Source of the DNA: an uncultured bacterium
Lineage (GTDB): Bacteria; Desulfobacterota; GWC2-55-46; DRQE01
Reading direction: 5' to 3'
NCBI GenBank assembly: GCA_965371285.1
Contig: CBDUXU010000001.1
Span: 1-44,780 of the forward strand
DNA: 44,780 nt
A program made the translations under genes and the position numbers. This document shows, piece by piece, positions 16,338 to 26,415 of this stretch (position 1 is the first letter of the stretch; each line of letters begins with the position of its first letter). The notes under the pieces were generated by a model. That model was given only the letters and a program-made list of their open reading frames with translations. It searched no databases and had not been told where the DNA came from.

Positions 16338-17246
16338 CTAGCCGTCGCCTATGACTTTAACCTCCGGCTCCAGGGTAATGCCCTTTTCACTGTAGATTTT
16401 ATCCCTGACAGTTGCCATCAGGCTTAACACATCTTTGGCTTTTGCCCCGCCAAGGTTTACTATATAGTTTGCGTGAATCTCCGATATCTGCGCCTTGCCT
16501 GATACCAGCCCTTTCAGCCCCGCCTCTTCAATAAGTTTGCCTGCGTGGTGACCTTCAGGGTTTTTAAAAACAGAGCCGCAGTTAGGTTTATTAATTGCAC
16601 TTGTTCCCCTTCGTCTTTCCTTAAATTCCCTGATTCTCTCTTCTATTATTTTCTTGTCGCTTTTTTCAAATTTAAAATGGCCCCTGACTATAACCGCCCC
16701 TTCGGGCATTTCACTTTTTCTATAACCAAAACCCAGTTCAGTTTTGGTAAGAAAACCCCTTTTGCCTTTTTTGGTAATAATCTCGGCTCCTTCTACAATG
16801 TCTTTCATCTCAGCACCATAAGCTCCGGCGTTCATCCTTACCGCCCCTCCTACTGTGCCTGGAATACCGGAGGTAAATTCAAAACCTGTTAACTCTCTCT
16901 CCTTACATCCTTTAAGAAGTTCATGAAGGCCTACGCTGGCTCCTGCAATTACCGTGTTGTCGGGATTCCAAACTATGTCCTTAAACCCTTCGCACATGTT
17001 TATCACAACTCCGCGAATTCCCTTGTCCCTGACTATTACATTTGTTCCTCCGCCGTGGAGGTAGACAGAATAATTTTTGCTGCTTGCAAAATTAAGCAGG
17101 TCTTTTAAGTCTCCTTCGTCTTTTGGAAAAGCCATCACATCGGCAGCCCCTCCCACTCCCAGAGAGGTATAATCACTCATTGGAATGTTAAAAAGAACCT
17201 TACCCTTAAACCTCTGAATAAAAAGCAGCGAGAACTGTTTTGTCAT
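16338..17246 (-). CDS. murB: UDP-N-acetylenolpyruvoylglucosamine reductase
   Basis: 302 aa with FAD-binding motifs (LGVGGAADV, GGGTNVIV, GIPGTVGGAVRMNAGAYG). Overlaps the murC stop by 4 nt. Confidence 0.93.
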   Translation of the reverse strand: MTKQFSLLFIQRFKGKVLFNIPMSDYTSLGVGGAADVMAFPKDEGDLKDLLNFASSKNYSVYLHGGGTNVIVRDKGIRGVVINMCEGFKDIVWNPDNTVIAGASVGLHELLKGCKERELTGFEFTSGIPGTVGGAVRMNAGAYGAEMKDIVEGAEIITKKGKRGFLTKTELGFGYRKSEMPEGAVIVRGHFKFEKSDKKIIEERIREFKERRRGTSAINKPNCGSVFKNPEGHHAGKLIEEAGLKGLVSGKAQISEIHANYIVNLGGAKAKDVLSLMATVRDKIYSEKGITLEPEVKVIGDG

Positions 17247-18667
17247 TTTCCCTCCTTACTGCCGCCAACGACTTTAAGGTTTTTATCTTTATGAAGCTCC
17301 TTTTTTAATCTTAAGAATTCTTCCCCCGCCACCCTGATGTTCCCCGCGCCAAGGGTAATTATAATATCCCCCGCCCTTGCGACCTCAAAAAGGTACTGGC
17401 CCAGTTTTTCTAAATCAGGCACATAACAAACATCCTTATGGCCGCGATCTTTAATGGCCTCAAAGAGTTTTTTAGAACTAACTCCCTTAATTTTTTTCTC
17501 TCCTGCCGGATATATGTCAGTTAAAATAAGTTTGTCCGAATCATTAAAGGCAGTTGTAAACTCCTCAAACAAATCCTCTGTCCTGGAATACCTGTGAGGC
17601 TGAAACACCGCCACAATCCGCCTTTTCCAACCGTCTTTAGCAGCAGCAAGTACGGCCTTTATTTCTACAGGGTGGTGACCATAGTCGTCAACAACAATAA
17701 TGTCGCCGCTCACTCCCTTCATCTGAAAACGTCTCTCAACTCCGCTAAACTCATGGAGAGCTTTTTTAATGTCTTTTATGTCTATGCCTAATTCATGGGC
17801 AACAGCAATTGCAGCAAGAGAGTTATATACATTATGAGTGCCGGGGATATTTATATCCACCTTACCCAAACTCTCATCCCCTATCCAAAGAGTAAAACTG
17901 GTCCGACTGCCGTCGCCCTTAATATCCTCTGCGTAAACATCTGCCTGAGAAGATAACCCGTAAGTTATTACCCTTCTTTTAATAGAAGGCAGGAGTGCCT
18001 GCAAAGTCGGGTGGTCAATACAAATTATATTACAGCCGTAAAAGGGCACCTTGTTCATAAACTCAACATAAGCTGCTTTTACTGTTTCCATGTCCCCGTA
18101 ATGTTCCATATGTTCTTTATCTATGTTAGTAACAACTCCTATTACTGGAGAGAGTTTTAAAAAACTTCCGTCACTTTCGTCTGCCTCTGCCACTAAAAAT
18201 TCTCCGCTGCCGAGTTTTGCGTTTGTACCAATTGAATTAAGCTTGCCTCCTGTTACGATGGTCGGGTCTATCCCCCCTTCTGCCAAGAGCGATCCTATTA
18301 TAGAAGTGGTAGTTGTCTTGCCGTGAGTGCCTGCAACTGCTATTCCATATTTCATACGCATAAGTTCTGCCAGCATCTCTGCTCTCGGGATAATTGGGAT
18401 TTGTTTGTCCTTTGCAGCAACTATCTCTGGGTTATCCATATCTACAGCAGAAGAATAAACAACACATTGAGTGCCGTCAATATTACTTTTTTTATGCCCT
18501 ATAAAAACGGTAGCGCCAATAGAAGATAGCATTTCCGTTTTCTCGCTCTTTGCCAAGTCGGAGCCGGTTACATTATAACCAAGGTTAACTAACACCTCGG
18601 CAATTCCGCTCATGCCGCTTCCACCTATGCCTATGAAGTGAATATTTTTTATTCTTCCTCTATACAT
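17243..18667 (-). CDS. murC: UDP-N-acetylmuramate--L-alanine ligase
   Basis: 474 aa. IHFIGIGGSGMSGIAEVL and GTHGKTTTTS (Mur ligase P-loop). Confidence 0.95.
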   Translation of the reverse strand: MYRGRIKNIHFIGIGGSGMSGIAEVLVNLGYNVTGSDLAKSEKTEMLSSIGATVFIGHKKSNIDGTQCVVYSSAVDMDNPEIVAAKDKQIPIIPRAEMLAELMRMKYGIAVAGTHGKTTTTSIIGSLLAEGGIDPTIVTGGKLNSIGTNAKLGSGEFLVAEADESDGSFLKLSPVIGVVTNIDKEHMEHYGDMETVKAAYVEFMNKVPFYGCNIICIDHPTLQALLPSIKRRVITYGLSSQADVYAEDIKGDGSRTSFTLWIGDESLGKVDINIPGTHNVYNSLAAIAVAHELGIDIKDIKKALHEFSGVERRFQMKGVSGDIIVVDDYGHHPVEIKAVLAAAKDGWKRRIVAVFQPHRYSRTEDLFEEFTTAFNDSDKLILTDIYPAGEKKIKGVSSKKLFEAIKDRGHKDVCYVPDLEKLGQYLFEVARAGDIIITLGAGNIRVAGEEFLRLKKELHKDKNLKVVGGSKEGK

Positions 18668-19754
18668 TTTCCCTCTTAAAAATTTTCATATAATCAGTAA
18701 CAATTCTTTTTGATGCATCTGGCTTTCCCATAGCCCTTGCCGAGGACTCTACCTTCGCTAGCTCGCCCCTGTTCTCGTAAAACTCCCTTATTACATCAGC
18801 CAATATCTTTCCGGTCAATTCGTCTTGTTTTATAATTACCGCAGCGCCTCTTTTTTCCATACTCCTTGCATTGATTTCCTGATGGTCATCGGATGCAAAG
18901 GGATATGGCACAAGCACCGATGCAACTCCAAGGGATGTAAGCTCTGCAATACTTGTTGCCCCTGCCCTGCAGATAACCAAATCGCTGGTAGCATAAACAT
19001 CTGCCATGTTCTCTATAAACTTACTAAGACTTACCTTCAAACCTTTTCTCTTGTAAGCATTCTCTACCATAGTAAAACCCTCGTCCCCTGATTGATGTAC
19101 CACATTCAGGTCGCCCCAAATATCCGTTAGATACTCCGCTGCATCAAGAAAAGATGCATTTATAGCAGTAGCCCCCTGGGAGCCTCCAAAAACAAAGAGG
19201 TTAAACTTGCCCCCGTCTCTTAGAGTTTTTCTCTTCTCCATTACGGACAGAATTTCTTTCCTCACAGGGTTACCTACAACAACCGTCCTTCCCTCGGGAA
19301 AATATTTTCCTGCTTCTTCAAATGCTATATAAATTCTATCTACAAATTTACCTAAAATCCTGTTCGTAAACCCAGGCATCGCATTCTGTTCCATTATGGC
19401 GGTTTTAACCCCCATAAGTGATGCTGCCATTAATACGGGCCCCGAGGAATAACTCCCGCTTCCTATAACCCCGTCGGGTTTTAATTGCCTGAGCATTGTC
19501 ATTGCATTCATTACTGCCTTTAAAGCCTTAAAGAGTGACCTAATGCGGCCAAGGCCGCTTCTTTTTTTAAGGGCCTCTATGTCAAAGAGGTAGAGTTCAT
19601 AACCATAACCTGGGACTATGGTCTCCTCCAGCCTCCCCTTTGAACCTGTGAAAATAATTTCAATATCAATATCTGCGTTTTTAAATTCTTCTGCCAGCGC
19701 AAGAGCGGGAAACAAGTGCCCCCCCGTGCCGCCGCCTGCCATTATAAGTTTCAT
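18660..19754 (-). CDS. murG: Undecaprenyldiphospho-muramoylpentapeptide beta-N-acetylglucosaminyltransferase
   Basis: 364 aa. MAGGGTGGHLFPALALAEE N-terminus and ICRAGATSIAEL. Confidence 0.95.
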   Translation of the reverse strand: MKLIMAGGGTGGHLFPALALAEEFKNADIDIEIIFTGSKGRLEETIVPGYGYELYLFDIEALKKRSGLGRIRSLFKALKAVMNAMTMLRQLKPDGVIGSGSYSSGPVLMAASLMGVKTAIMEQNAMPGFTNRILGKFVDRIYIAFEEAGKYFPEGRTVVVGNPVRKEILSVMEKRKTLRDGGKFNLFVFGGSQGATAINASFLDAAEYLTDIWGDLNVVHQSGDEGFTMVENAYKRKGLKVSLSKFIENMADVYATSDLVICRAGATSIAELTSLGVASVLVPYPFASDDHQEINARSMEKRGAAVIIKQDELTGKILADVIREFYENRGELAKVESSARAMGKPDASKRIVTDYMKIFKRENV

Positions 19755-20854
19755 TAGTATTCGTGACCTCTAATAAAAACATTAAGTATAATCCCTACTG
19801 CTACCATAGACAAAACCAGTGATGTTCCCCCGTAACTTATAAAAGGCAGAGGCAGTCCCTTTGGAGGAAATATCCCCAGCACCACAGCCATGTTTACACC
19901 AGCCTGGAGAACCAACATAAATGTAAGCCCCAAGGCCAGATAACTGCCAAAAGAATCTTTTGCATTAAAACCAATACGGGTGCCGCTGACAAGAAGACAA
20001 ACATAAAGGGCAATTATCACTGTCACTCCAATAAGACCGAACTCCTCGCCAATAACTGAGAAGATAAAATCAGTATGAGCTTCAGGAAGATAGAAGAGTT
20101 TTTGTTTCCCTTCACCAAGCCCCGTTCCCATAACCCCGCCGGAACCGAAGGCTAAAAAAGACTGAACCATCTGAAACCCGTCACCTTGAGGGTCTTTCCA
20201 GGGGTCTAAATAAATACGAATACGCCTCATCATATAACCAAAGTTTATAACAACCATATAAAGAGCAGGTAGTGTCAAAAGAACCAAAGCTCCCAAATGT
20301 TTGAGTTTAACTCCGGCTGCAAAGGTCATAATAAAAATACTAGCCACTATGGTAACAGCCGTTCCAAAATCAGGCTCGCAGATGACCAAAATTACGATAA
20401 CGCCGGGTATTATTATATTAGGCATAAACCCTGTCATGAACTCATGGAGCCTATCTTTTTTTGCCTCCAATGAATAGGCAAGAAAAATTATGACAGCTAT
20501 CTTTGCAAACTCCGAGGGCTGAAAAGTGAGGCCTAATATTTTAATCCACCTTCTTGCCCCCCCCACTTCGTGGCCAATGCCGGGAACAAAAATCATAAGC
20601 AAAAACACTATTGCCAAAAGCAGTATGGGGTAAACTAACTTCCTATAATTCTCATAGGGAAACCTAGCTGCCAGGAAAAACCCAACTAACCCAAGCGAGG
20701 AATATATAAGCTGCTTTTTAACAAAAAAATACTCATCCCCGAATTTAGTAAGGGCAACAAAGGTACTTGTAGAATAAACCATCACGAGCCCCGCCATAAC
20801 TAAAAAAAGTGTGGTGACAATTAAAAGCCTGTCTATGTCTTTATGATGTACCAT
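19754..20854 (-). CDS. ftsW: SEDS-family lipid II flippase / peptidoglycan glycosyltransferase FtsW
   Basis: 366 aa polytopic membrane protein. QPSEFAKI, PEAHTDFIFS and GLPLPFISYGGTS. Its stop overlaps the murG start by 1 nt. Confidence 0.9.
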   Translation of the reverse strand: MVHHKDIDRLLIVTTLFLVMAGLVMVYSTSTFVALTKFGDEYFFVKKQLIYSSLGLVGFFLAARFPYENYRKLVYPILLLAIVFLLMIFVPGIGHEVGGARRWIKILGLTFQPSEFAKIAVIIFLAYSLEAKKDRLHEFMTGFMPNIIIPGVIVILVICEPDFGTAVTIVASIFIMTFAAGVKLKHLGALVLLTLPALYMVVINFGYMMRRIRIYLDPWKDPQGDGFQMVQSFLAFGSGGVMGTGLGEGKQKLFYLPEAHTDFIFSVIGEEFGLIGVTVIIALYVCLLVSGTRIGFNAKDSFGSYLALGLTFMLVLQAGVNMAVVLGIFPPKGLPLPFISYGGTSLVLSMVAVGIILNVFIRGHEY

Positions 20855-20905
20855 TTATTCTACCTTATAATAGCCTGCCTTATATTAGTCTGCCTTATAA
20901 TAATC

Positions 20906-22291
20906 CTATAAACTCCTTACCAGCTCTTTAAACTTAGCCCCTCTTTGCTCAAAGTTTTTAAACATATCAAAACTCGAACAAGCAGGACAAAATAGAACCG
21001 TATCACCGCTCCTTGACTGGGCTGCCGACACCTTTACGGCGTCTTCAAGACTATCCACTTCATAAGCTGTTGTATAACTGCCAAGAGAAGCCTTAATCTT
21101 TTCTTTTGCCTCTCCAAGGAGAATCATAAACTTAACCTTCTCGCTGACCAGGTCCCTAAGAACATCGTAATTCCCTCCCTTATCAACTCCTCCTGCGATT
21201 AAAACAACCTCTCCTTCTACAGATTCCAAGGCCTTTTTCAAAGCCCCGACATTCGTACCTTTAGAGTCATTTACATAGGTCACCCCGTCTAACTCCCTTA
21301 CCACTTCCATCCTATGTTCCAAACCTTCAAACTCATTTACAGAGTTTTCTACATCTATTAAAGGAATTCCGCAAAGCTCTGCTACTGCCACAACTGCCAA
21401 GGCGTTTTCCCGGTTATGTTTTCCCATTAACTTAAAACCTGCCAGGGAGTAAGTGTCATTTTCAACAACCCCTCCGGAGGTTTTTATAACATTGTTTCCA
21501 TCAAGGTAATAACCCTCGGTCAGTGCCCCGCTTCCAGTAAAGGGTACAGACCTGCCACAGAGAACATTTTTCTCAACCAAACCTTCAACTACGATGTCGC
21601 CTAAGTTAAACAACGCAAAATCTTCAGCTTCCTGATTGGAAAATATTTTCATTTTAGTTTCTCCATATTCTTGGAAATCACTATACCTGGATAAGTGATC
21701 TTCCGTTATATTTAACAACACAGCTATGTGCGCGTGGAAGCGGTTAGTTGTTTCCAGGTTATAACTGCTCACTTCCAGTACGCAATAGTCTAATAAATCT
21801 CCCTTGTCTTCTCTTGATGCACACTCAATTGCCGAGACTCCAAGGTTGCCTCCGACAAAAACCTTCTTTCCTGCATCTTTTAAAACCTTGCCGATAAGAG
21901 TTGTCACCGTTGACTTACCGTTAGTGCCTGTTACTGCAATAATTGGAGCTTTTATAAAACTGGAGGCAAACTCCATGTCTCCTATAACTTCCACTCCGCG
22001 AGCCTGGGCTTTGGCAACCTCCTCTAGACTTGGCGGAACCCCCGGGCTCATAACTATTAAATCAGCCCCTATAAAACTTTTTAAGTCGTGACCGCCTACC
22101 TCTATCTTTACAGGCAGTTTTTTGAATTCTTTTATTAACTCTATGTCGTCATTAGAATCTGTTACTATTACCTTAGCCCCCCTGTCGGATGCAAACTTTG
22201 CAACAGACAGCCCTGTCCTGCCCATGCCGACTACAAGTATTTTCCTGCCAACAATCTTATAAGGTATTTTATTAATACTTATAACCATCAT
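20906..22291 (-). CDS. murD: UDP-N-acetylmuramoylalanine--D-glutamate ligase
   Basis: 461 aa. VVGMGRTGLSVAKF Rossmann start and GTNGKSTVTT P-loop. Confidence 0.93.
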   Translation of the reverse strand: MMVISINKIPYKIVGRKILVVGMGRTGLSVAKFASDRGAKVIVTDSNDDIELIKEFKKLPVKIEVGGHDLKSFIGADLIVMSPGVPPSLEEVAKAQARGVEVIGDMEFASSFIKAPIIAVTGTNGKSTVTTLIGKVLKDAGKKVFVGGNLGVSAIECASREDKGDLLDYCVLEVSSYNLETTNRFHAHIAVLLNITEDHLSRYSDFQEYGETKMKIFSNQEAEDFALFNLGDIVVEGLVEKNVLCGRSVPFTGSGALTEGYYLDGNNVIKTSGGVVENDTYSLAGFKLMGKHNRENALAVVAVAELCGIPLIDVENSVNEFEGLEHRMEVVRELDGVTYVNDSKGTNVGALKKALESVEGEVVLIAGGVDKGGNYDVLRDLVSEKVKFMILLGEAKEKIKASLGSYTTAYEVDSLEDAVKVSAAQSRSGDTVLFCPACSSFDMFKNFEQRGAKFKELVRSL

Positions 22292-23365
22292 TTATCTTAG
22301 TTTTAAGGTGCTTATAGCAATAAGAGAAAGGATTATTGCTATAATCCAAAACCTTACTATTATTTTCGGCTCTGCCCATCCTTTAAGTTCAAAGTGGTGA
22401 TGAATGGGAGCCATGGCAAAAACCCTCTTGCCCCTAAGTTTAAAAGACCCAACCTGAAATATAACGGAAAGTGCCTCTGCTACAAAAATTCCTCCAACTA
22501 AAATAAGTACTATTTCGTGTTTTGTCATAACTGCAATTGTTCCAAGTGCCCCTCCTAAGGAGAGAGAACCAATGTCTCCCATAAACACAGATGCAGGGTA
22601 TGTGTTAAACCAAAGAAAACCCAAACTTGCGCCAACCATAGCCCCTGCAAAAACACTAAGTTCCCCGGCTCCGGGAATGTATGCAACATTCAAATAATCT
22701 GCTAGTGTTGCATGTCCCGTAATATACGCAAAAAGCATGTAAGTACCTGCTGCAATAACCATAGGGCCTATTGCAAGGCCGTCCAGTCCGTCAGTTAAGT
22801 TGACGGCGTTAGATGCTCCAACTATCACAAGCACTGCAAAAGGTATATAAAACACTCCCAGGTTAAAAGTTAAATCTTTAAAAAACGGCAGCCACACGGT
22901 AGTATCAAAACCATCGGAGTACATATAAACAACTGCCAGTGAGCCAACTACTATTTGAAGAAACATTTTAAGCCTGGCACTCATTTCCTTGCCTCCCGTG
23001 CGGCTTAACTTTCCGTAATCATCAACAAAACCAATTGCTCCCATGCCAAGAAGTACAAAAAGCAAAATCCAGGTATAAATGCTTGAGAAATTCCCCCAAA
23101 GAATCACCGAAAGGCTAACGGTGAAAATTATTAAAACCCCTCCCATAGTAGGAGTGCCTTCTTTTTGCTGGTGACTCTCGGGGCTGTCTTCTCCAATAAC
23201 CTCAGAGACCTGCATGGTTTTTAACTTTCTTATAAAATAAGGCCCAACTAAAAAACTAATAGCAAGGGCAGTAACCGTTGCATAAATTGCGCGAAAGGTA
23301 ATGTATTGAAAAACATTAAAAACACTGTATGTATCACTTAGAGGATATAAAAAATGGTAAAACAT
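22292..23365 (-). CDS. mraY: Phospho-N-acetylmuramoyl-pentapeptide transferase
   Basis: 357 aa membrane protein. [23 protein letters not shown] and APIHHHFE. Confidence 0.95.
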   Translation of the reverse strand: MFYHFLYPLSDTYSVFNVFQYITFRAIYATVTALAISFLVGPYFIRKLKTMQVSEVIGEDSPESHQQKEGTPTMGGVLIIFTVSLSVILWGNFSSIYTWILLFVLLGMGAIGFVDDYGKLSRTGGKEMSARLKMFLQIVVGSLAVVYMYSDGFDTTVWLPFFKDLTFNLGVFYIPFAVLVIVGASNAVNLTDGLDGLAIGPMVIAAGTYMLFAYITGHATLADYLNVAYIPGAGELSVFAGAMVGASLGFLWFNTYPASVFMGDIGSLSLGGALGTIAVMTKHEIVLILVGGIFVAEALSVIFQVGSFKLRGKRVFAMAPIHHHFELKGWAEPKIIVRFWIIAIILSLIAISTLKLR

Positions 23366-23367
23366 AT

Positions 23368-24801
23368 TTATATTTTCTTTAACCTTTCTACAACTTTTTC
23401 CAAACCCATGCTGTGTGACCCCTTAACTAAAACAGTATCTCCCGGTTTAACAATGCCTGTTATTAATGAAGACACCTCTCTTGCGTTTGCGGCAGAGAAG
23501 GTTTCCATGTTGCTACCATCTTTAGCGCCTTCAATCACATCCCCGGCAAACTCTCCAACGGCTATTACAATGTCAATCCCCAGTTCTCCTGCCGCCGCAC
23601 CTGCTTCCCTATGTGCAGGCTTTGAAACATCTCCAAGCTCTAACATGTCGCCAATTACCGCAATCTTTCTTCCCCTAGCCCTGCCCGTCTCGCTCTCTCC
23701 GTCCACATCTGGTTCCATGCAAGACAGGGTTTTGAGAGCCTCTTTTAGAGACTCGGGGTTAGAGTTATAAGTGTCGTCTATTATAATAATGCCTCCAGCA
23801 TCAATAACACTCATCCTTCCACTACCCCCAGAGTAAGACTCAAGCCCTGCTTTTATGGCACCGGTATCAAAATCTTTTATTAAGGCAACTACCGCCCCTA
23901 TGGCAGAGGCTCCGTTGCATGCGTTACACTCATAGGGAGTGGCCATGACAGCTTCTAAACTCACGCCGCTCAAACTATAAACAACCACAAGCCCGCCCCC
24001 TTCTCTCGATATATTTTTAATTTCTACATCCGGCTTTTTAGCACCTGAAAAACCGAAAGTCTTTTTAGTTACACCTCTATCAGCCATACTATCCGGCAAC
24101 TCGTAGCCGCTTAGCCTGACATCATCGGCGTTTATAACTACAACCCCACCGTCCCTAACTGCACTAAAAAGTTTAAGTTTCTCTCTTGCCACAACTTCCG
24201 CCGTGCCTAAACCCTCCAAGTGCCCCCTGCCTATGTTAGTAATCACTGCGCAGTTGGGTCCTGTAATATCTGCCAGCTTTTCCATCTCTCCTACTTCGCT
24301 AATGCCTAATTCAAAAACCCCATATTCAGTGTCATCAACGAGCCTAAAAATACTAAGAGGCAGCCCGATTAGGTTATTAAAATTTCCTAAAGTTTTTACT
24401 GTTTTAAAACCGCCGCTAACTAACAGGTCATAAATAAAATCTTTTGTTGTTGTCTTGCCAACGCTCCCTGTTACTGCAATAACCTTTGCACCTAACTTGT
24501 TTCTATAATACTTCGCTAAATCTCCAAGAGCCCCTACGCTGTCTTCAACTTTAATAACTTTAAAGTTGTCATCACTGCCAAAGGAAACCTCTCCGCTAAC
24601 TACTGCACCAACTGCCCCCTTGACTTTTGCTTCTTCTATAAAGTCGCCGCCGTCAAAGTTCTCACCTTTTATAGCAAAAAATAGGTCGCCCCTGCTGATG
24701 GTACGAGTATCTATTGATACTCCTTCCACCTTAATCTCAGACACATCTAAATCACTAGAAGCATCCAGAACTTCAATAATTTCTTTTAAAAGCAGATTCA
24801 T
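23368..24801 (-). CDS. murF: UDP-N-acetylmuramoyl-tripeptide--D-alanyl-D-alanine ligase
   Basis: 477 aa. Mur ligase P-loop [22 protein letters not shown] and GDMLELG. Confidence 0.9.
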   Translation of the reverse strand: MNLLLKEIIEVLDASSDLDVSEIKVEGVSIDTRTISRGDLFFAIKGENFDGGDFIEEAKVKGAVGAVVSGEVSFGSDDNFKVIKVEDSVGALGDLAKYYRNKLGAKVIAVTGSVGKTTTKDFIYDLLVSGGFKTVKTLGNFNNLIGLPLSIFRLVDDTEYGVFELGISEVGEMEKLADITGPNCAVITNIGRGHLEGLGTAEVVAREKLKLFSAVRDGGVVVINADDVRLSGYELPDSMADRGVTKKTFGFSGAKKPDVEIKNISREGGGLVVVYSLSGVSLEAVMATPYECNACNGASAIGAVVALIKDFDTGAIKAGLESYSGGSGRMSVIDAGGIIIIDDTYNSNPESLKEALKTLSCMEPDVDGESETGRARGRKIAVIGDMLELGDVSKPAHREAGAAAGELGIDIVIAVGEFAGDVIEGAKDGSNMETFSAANAREVSSLITGIVKPGDTVLVKGSHSMGLEKVVERLKKI

Positions 24802-24871
24802 TGTCTTTTGTCTTTAAAAATAAAACGGCCAATTCAAATTAGTCTCCACCAGTAGGCCTCCCTTGAATTAA

Positions 24872-26401
24872 TTATTTTAAAGCTCCTTCCAAAACCTCTG
24901 CATCATCAAAGTGTTTCTTTTCTCTGCCTATAATCTGATAGTCCTCGTGGCCTTTGCCTGCTACTAAAATAGTATCTCCCTGATTTGCCATTTCTACTGC
25001 ACATTCTATGGCACTCTTCCTGTCGGCTATCACTAAATAACCCTTACCGGTTACCTCGCCTGCATCAGCAAATTTAGTTAACCCCGACATTCCCTCTTCA
25101 ATATCTTTAATAATAGAGAGAGGGTCTTCTGTTCTTGGGTTGTCGGAAGTAACAATTGCCACATCCGATAACTCTGCTGCTGCCTTACCCATTAAAGGCC
25201 TCTTTGATGAATCCCTGTCTCCTCCGCACCCGAAAACTGTAATCACCCTGCCGCTTGTAAAATCCGAAACTGTCTTTATTACCCTCTCCAGAGCATCGGG
25301 AGTATGGGCGTAATCTACAAAGGCGGAGAATTTATTTTTCGAACTGCCTTCGACTCTCGTAAGCCTGCCCCTGACTCCCTTTAAACCGTTAATTCCTTTT
25401 TCAATAATGTCCGCTTTTATATCCAGCGAACACCCCACGCCTATGGCAGCCATTATATTGTAGAGGTTAAACTCCCCTACAAAAGGGGAGTTTATTTTTA
25501 TATCTCCCTTAGGGGTACTAACATTGGCACTTATTCCACTTGAAGTAATATCAAAATTTCTAACATGTACCTTTGCCGACCTATCGGTCAGGCTATAATC
25601 AATTAAAGTGTTGCCATCAACCTTTAAAACTTCCTTTGCAATCTTTAACCCGTACTTGTCATCTACATTTATAACTGCATGACCCAGCCCCGTGTCTAAT
25701 GAATAATCCGTAAAAAGCCTCGCCTTTGCTTCAAAATAATCATCCATTGTCTTATGGTAATCTAAGTGGTCCTGGGTAAGGTTAGTAAAAACCTTCACCT
25801 CAAACCTGCAGCCGTCTACCCTGTACTCGCTTAATCCATGAGAGCTAATTTCCATAACAGAGTGGGTAATGCCCGCGCCAACCATGTCATTTAAAACTTT
25901 TTGAAGCAGAGGAGCCTGAGGGGTAGTAAAAGGCGCCGGTATTTTCTTGCCTCCATACCTATACTCAACTGTCCCCATAACTCCTACATTAAACCCTGCC
26001 TCTTTTAAAACACTTTCTATCAAATAAGCCGTAGTAGTTTTACCGTTAGTTCCTGTTACCCCTATCAGGGAGAGTTTATCCGACGGCTCCCCGTAGAAAA
26101 ATGCTGCCATGTGGGCAAAACTTTTTTTAACATTCTCTACTACAACCTGAGGCGACTCTAAACCATCAATCTTTTTATCTGTAAGGATGCAAACTGCGCC
26201 TCTACTTACCGCGTCCTTTGCAAAATCCCTACCGTCGCTGCTACTTGCCCCTGTCGTACCGGACCCTCTCATGGCAGCAAACAAAAAACCTTTTTCCACT
26301 TCTCTTGAGTCGGATGTTAAGCCGGTTACAACCGACTCGCTGTTAGCACTACCAACACAATCTTTAGCACCAATGCCTTTTATAAGGACCCCTAATTTCA
26401 T
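24872..26401 (-). CDS. murE: UDP-N-acetylmuramoyl-L-alanyl-D-glutamate--2,6-diaminopimelate ligase
   Basis: 509 aa. GVTGTNGKTTTAY P-loop. The DNPR motif (VTSDNPRTEDP) is the established marker of meso-DAP-adding MurE. Confidence 0.93.
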   Translation of the reverse strand: MKLGVLIKGIGAKDCVGSANSESVVTGLTSDSREVEKGFLFAAMRGSGTTGASSSDGRDFAKDAVSRGAVCILTDKKIDGLESPQVVVENVKKSFAHMAAFFYGEPSDKLSLIGVTGTNGKTTTAYLIESVLKEAGFNVGVMGTVEYRYGGKKIPAPFTTPQAPLLQKVLNDMVGAGITHSVMEISSHGLSEYRVDGCRFEVKVFTNLTQDHLDYHKTMDDYFEAKARLFTDYSLDTGLGHAVINVDDKYGLKIAKEVLKVDGNTLIDYSLTDRSAKVHVRNFDITSSGISANVSTPKGDIKINSPFVGEFNLYNIMAAIGVGCSLDIKADIIEKGINGLKGVRGRLTRVEGSSKNKFSAFVDYAHTPDALERVIKTVSDFTSGRVITVFGCGGDRDSSKRPLMGKAAAELSDVAIVTSDNPRTEDPLSIIKDIEEGMSGLTKFADAGEVTGKGYLVIADRKSAIECAVEMANQGDTILVAGKGHEDYQIIGREKKHFDDAEVLEGALK

Positions 26402-26415
26402 ATATAAGTCCCTCT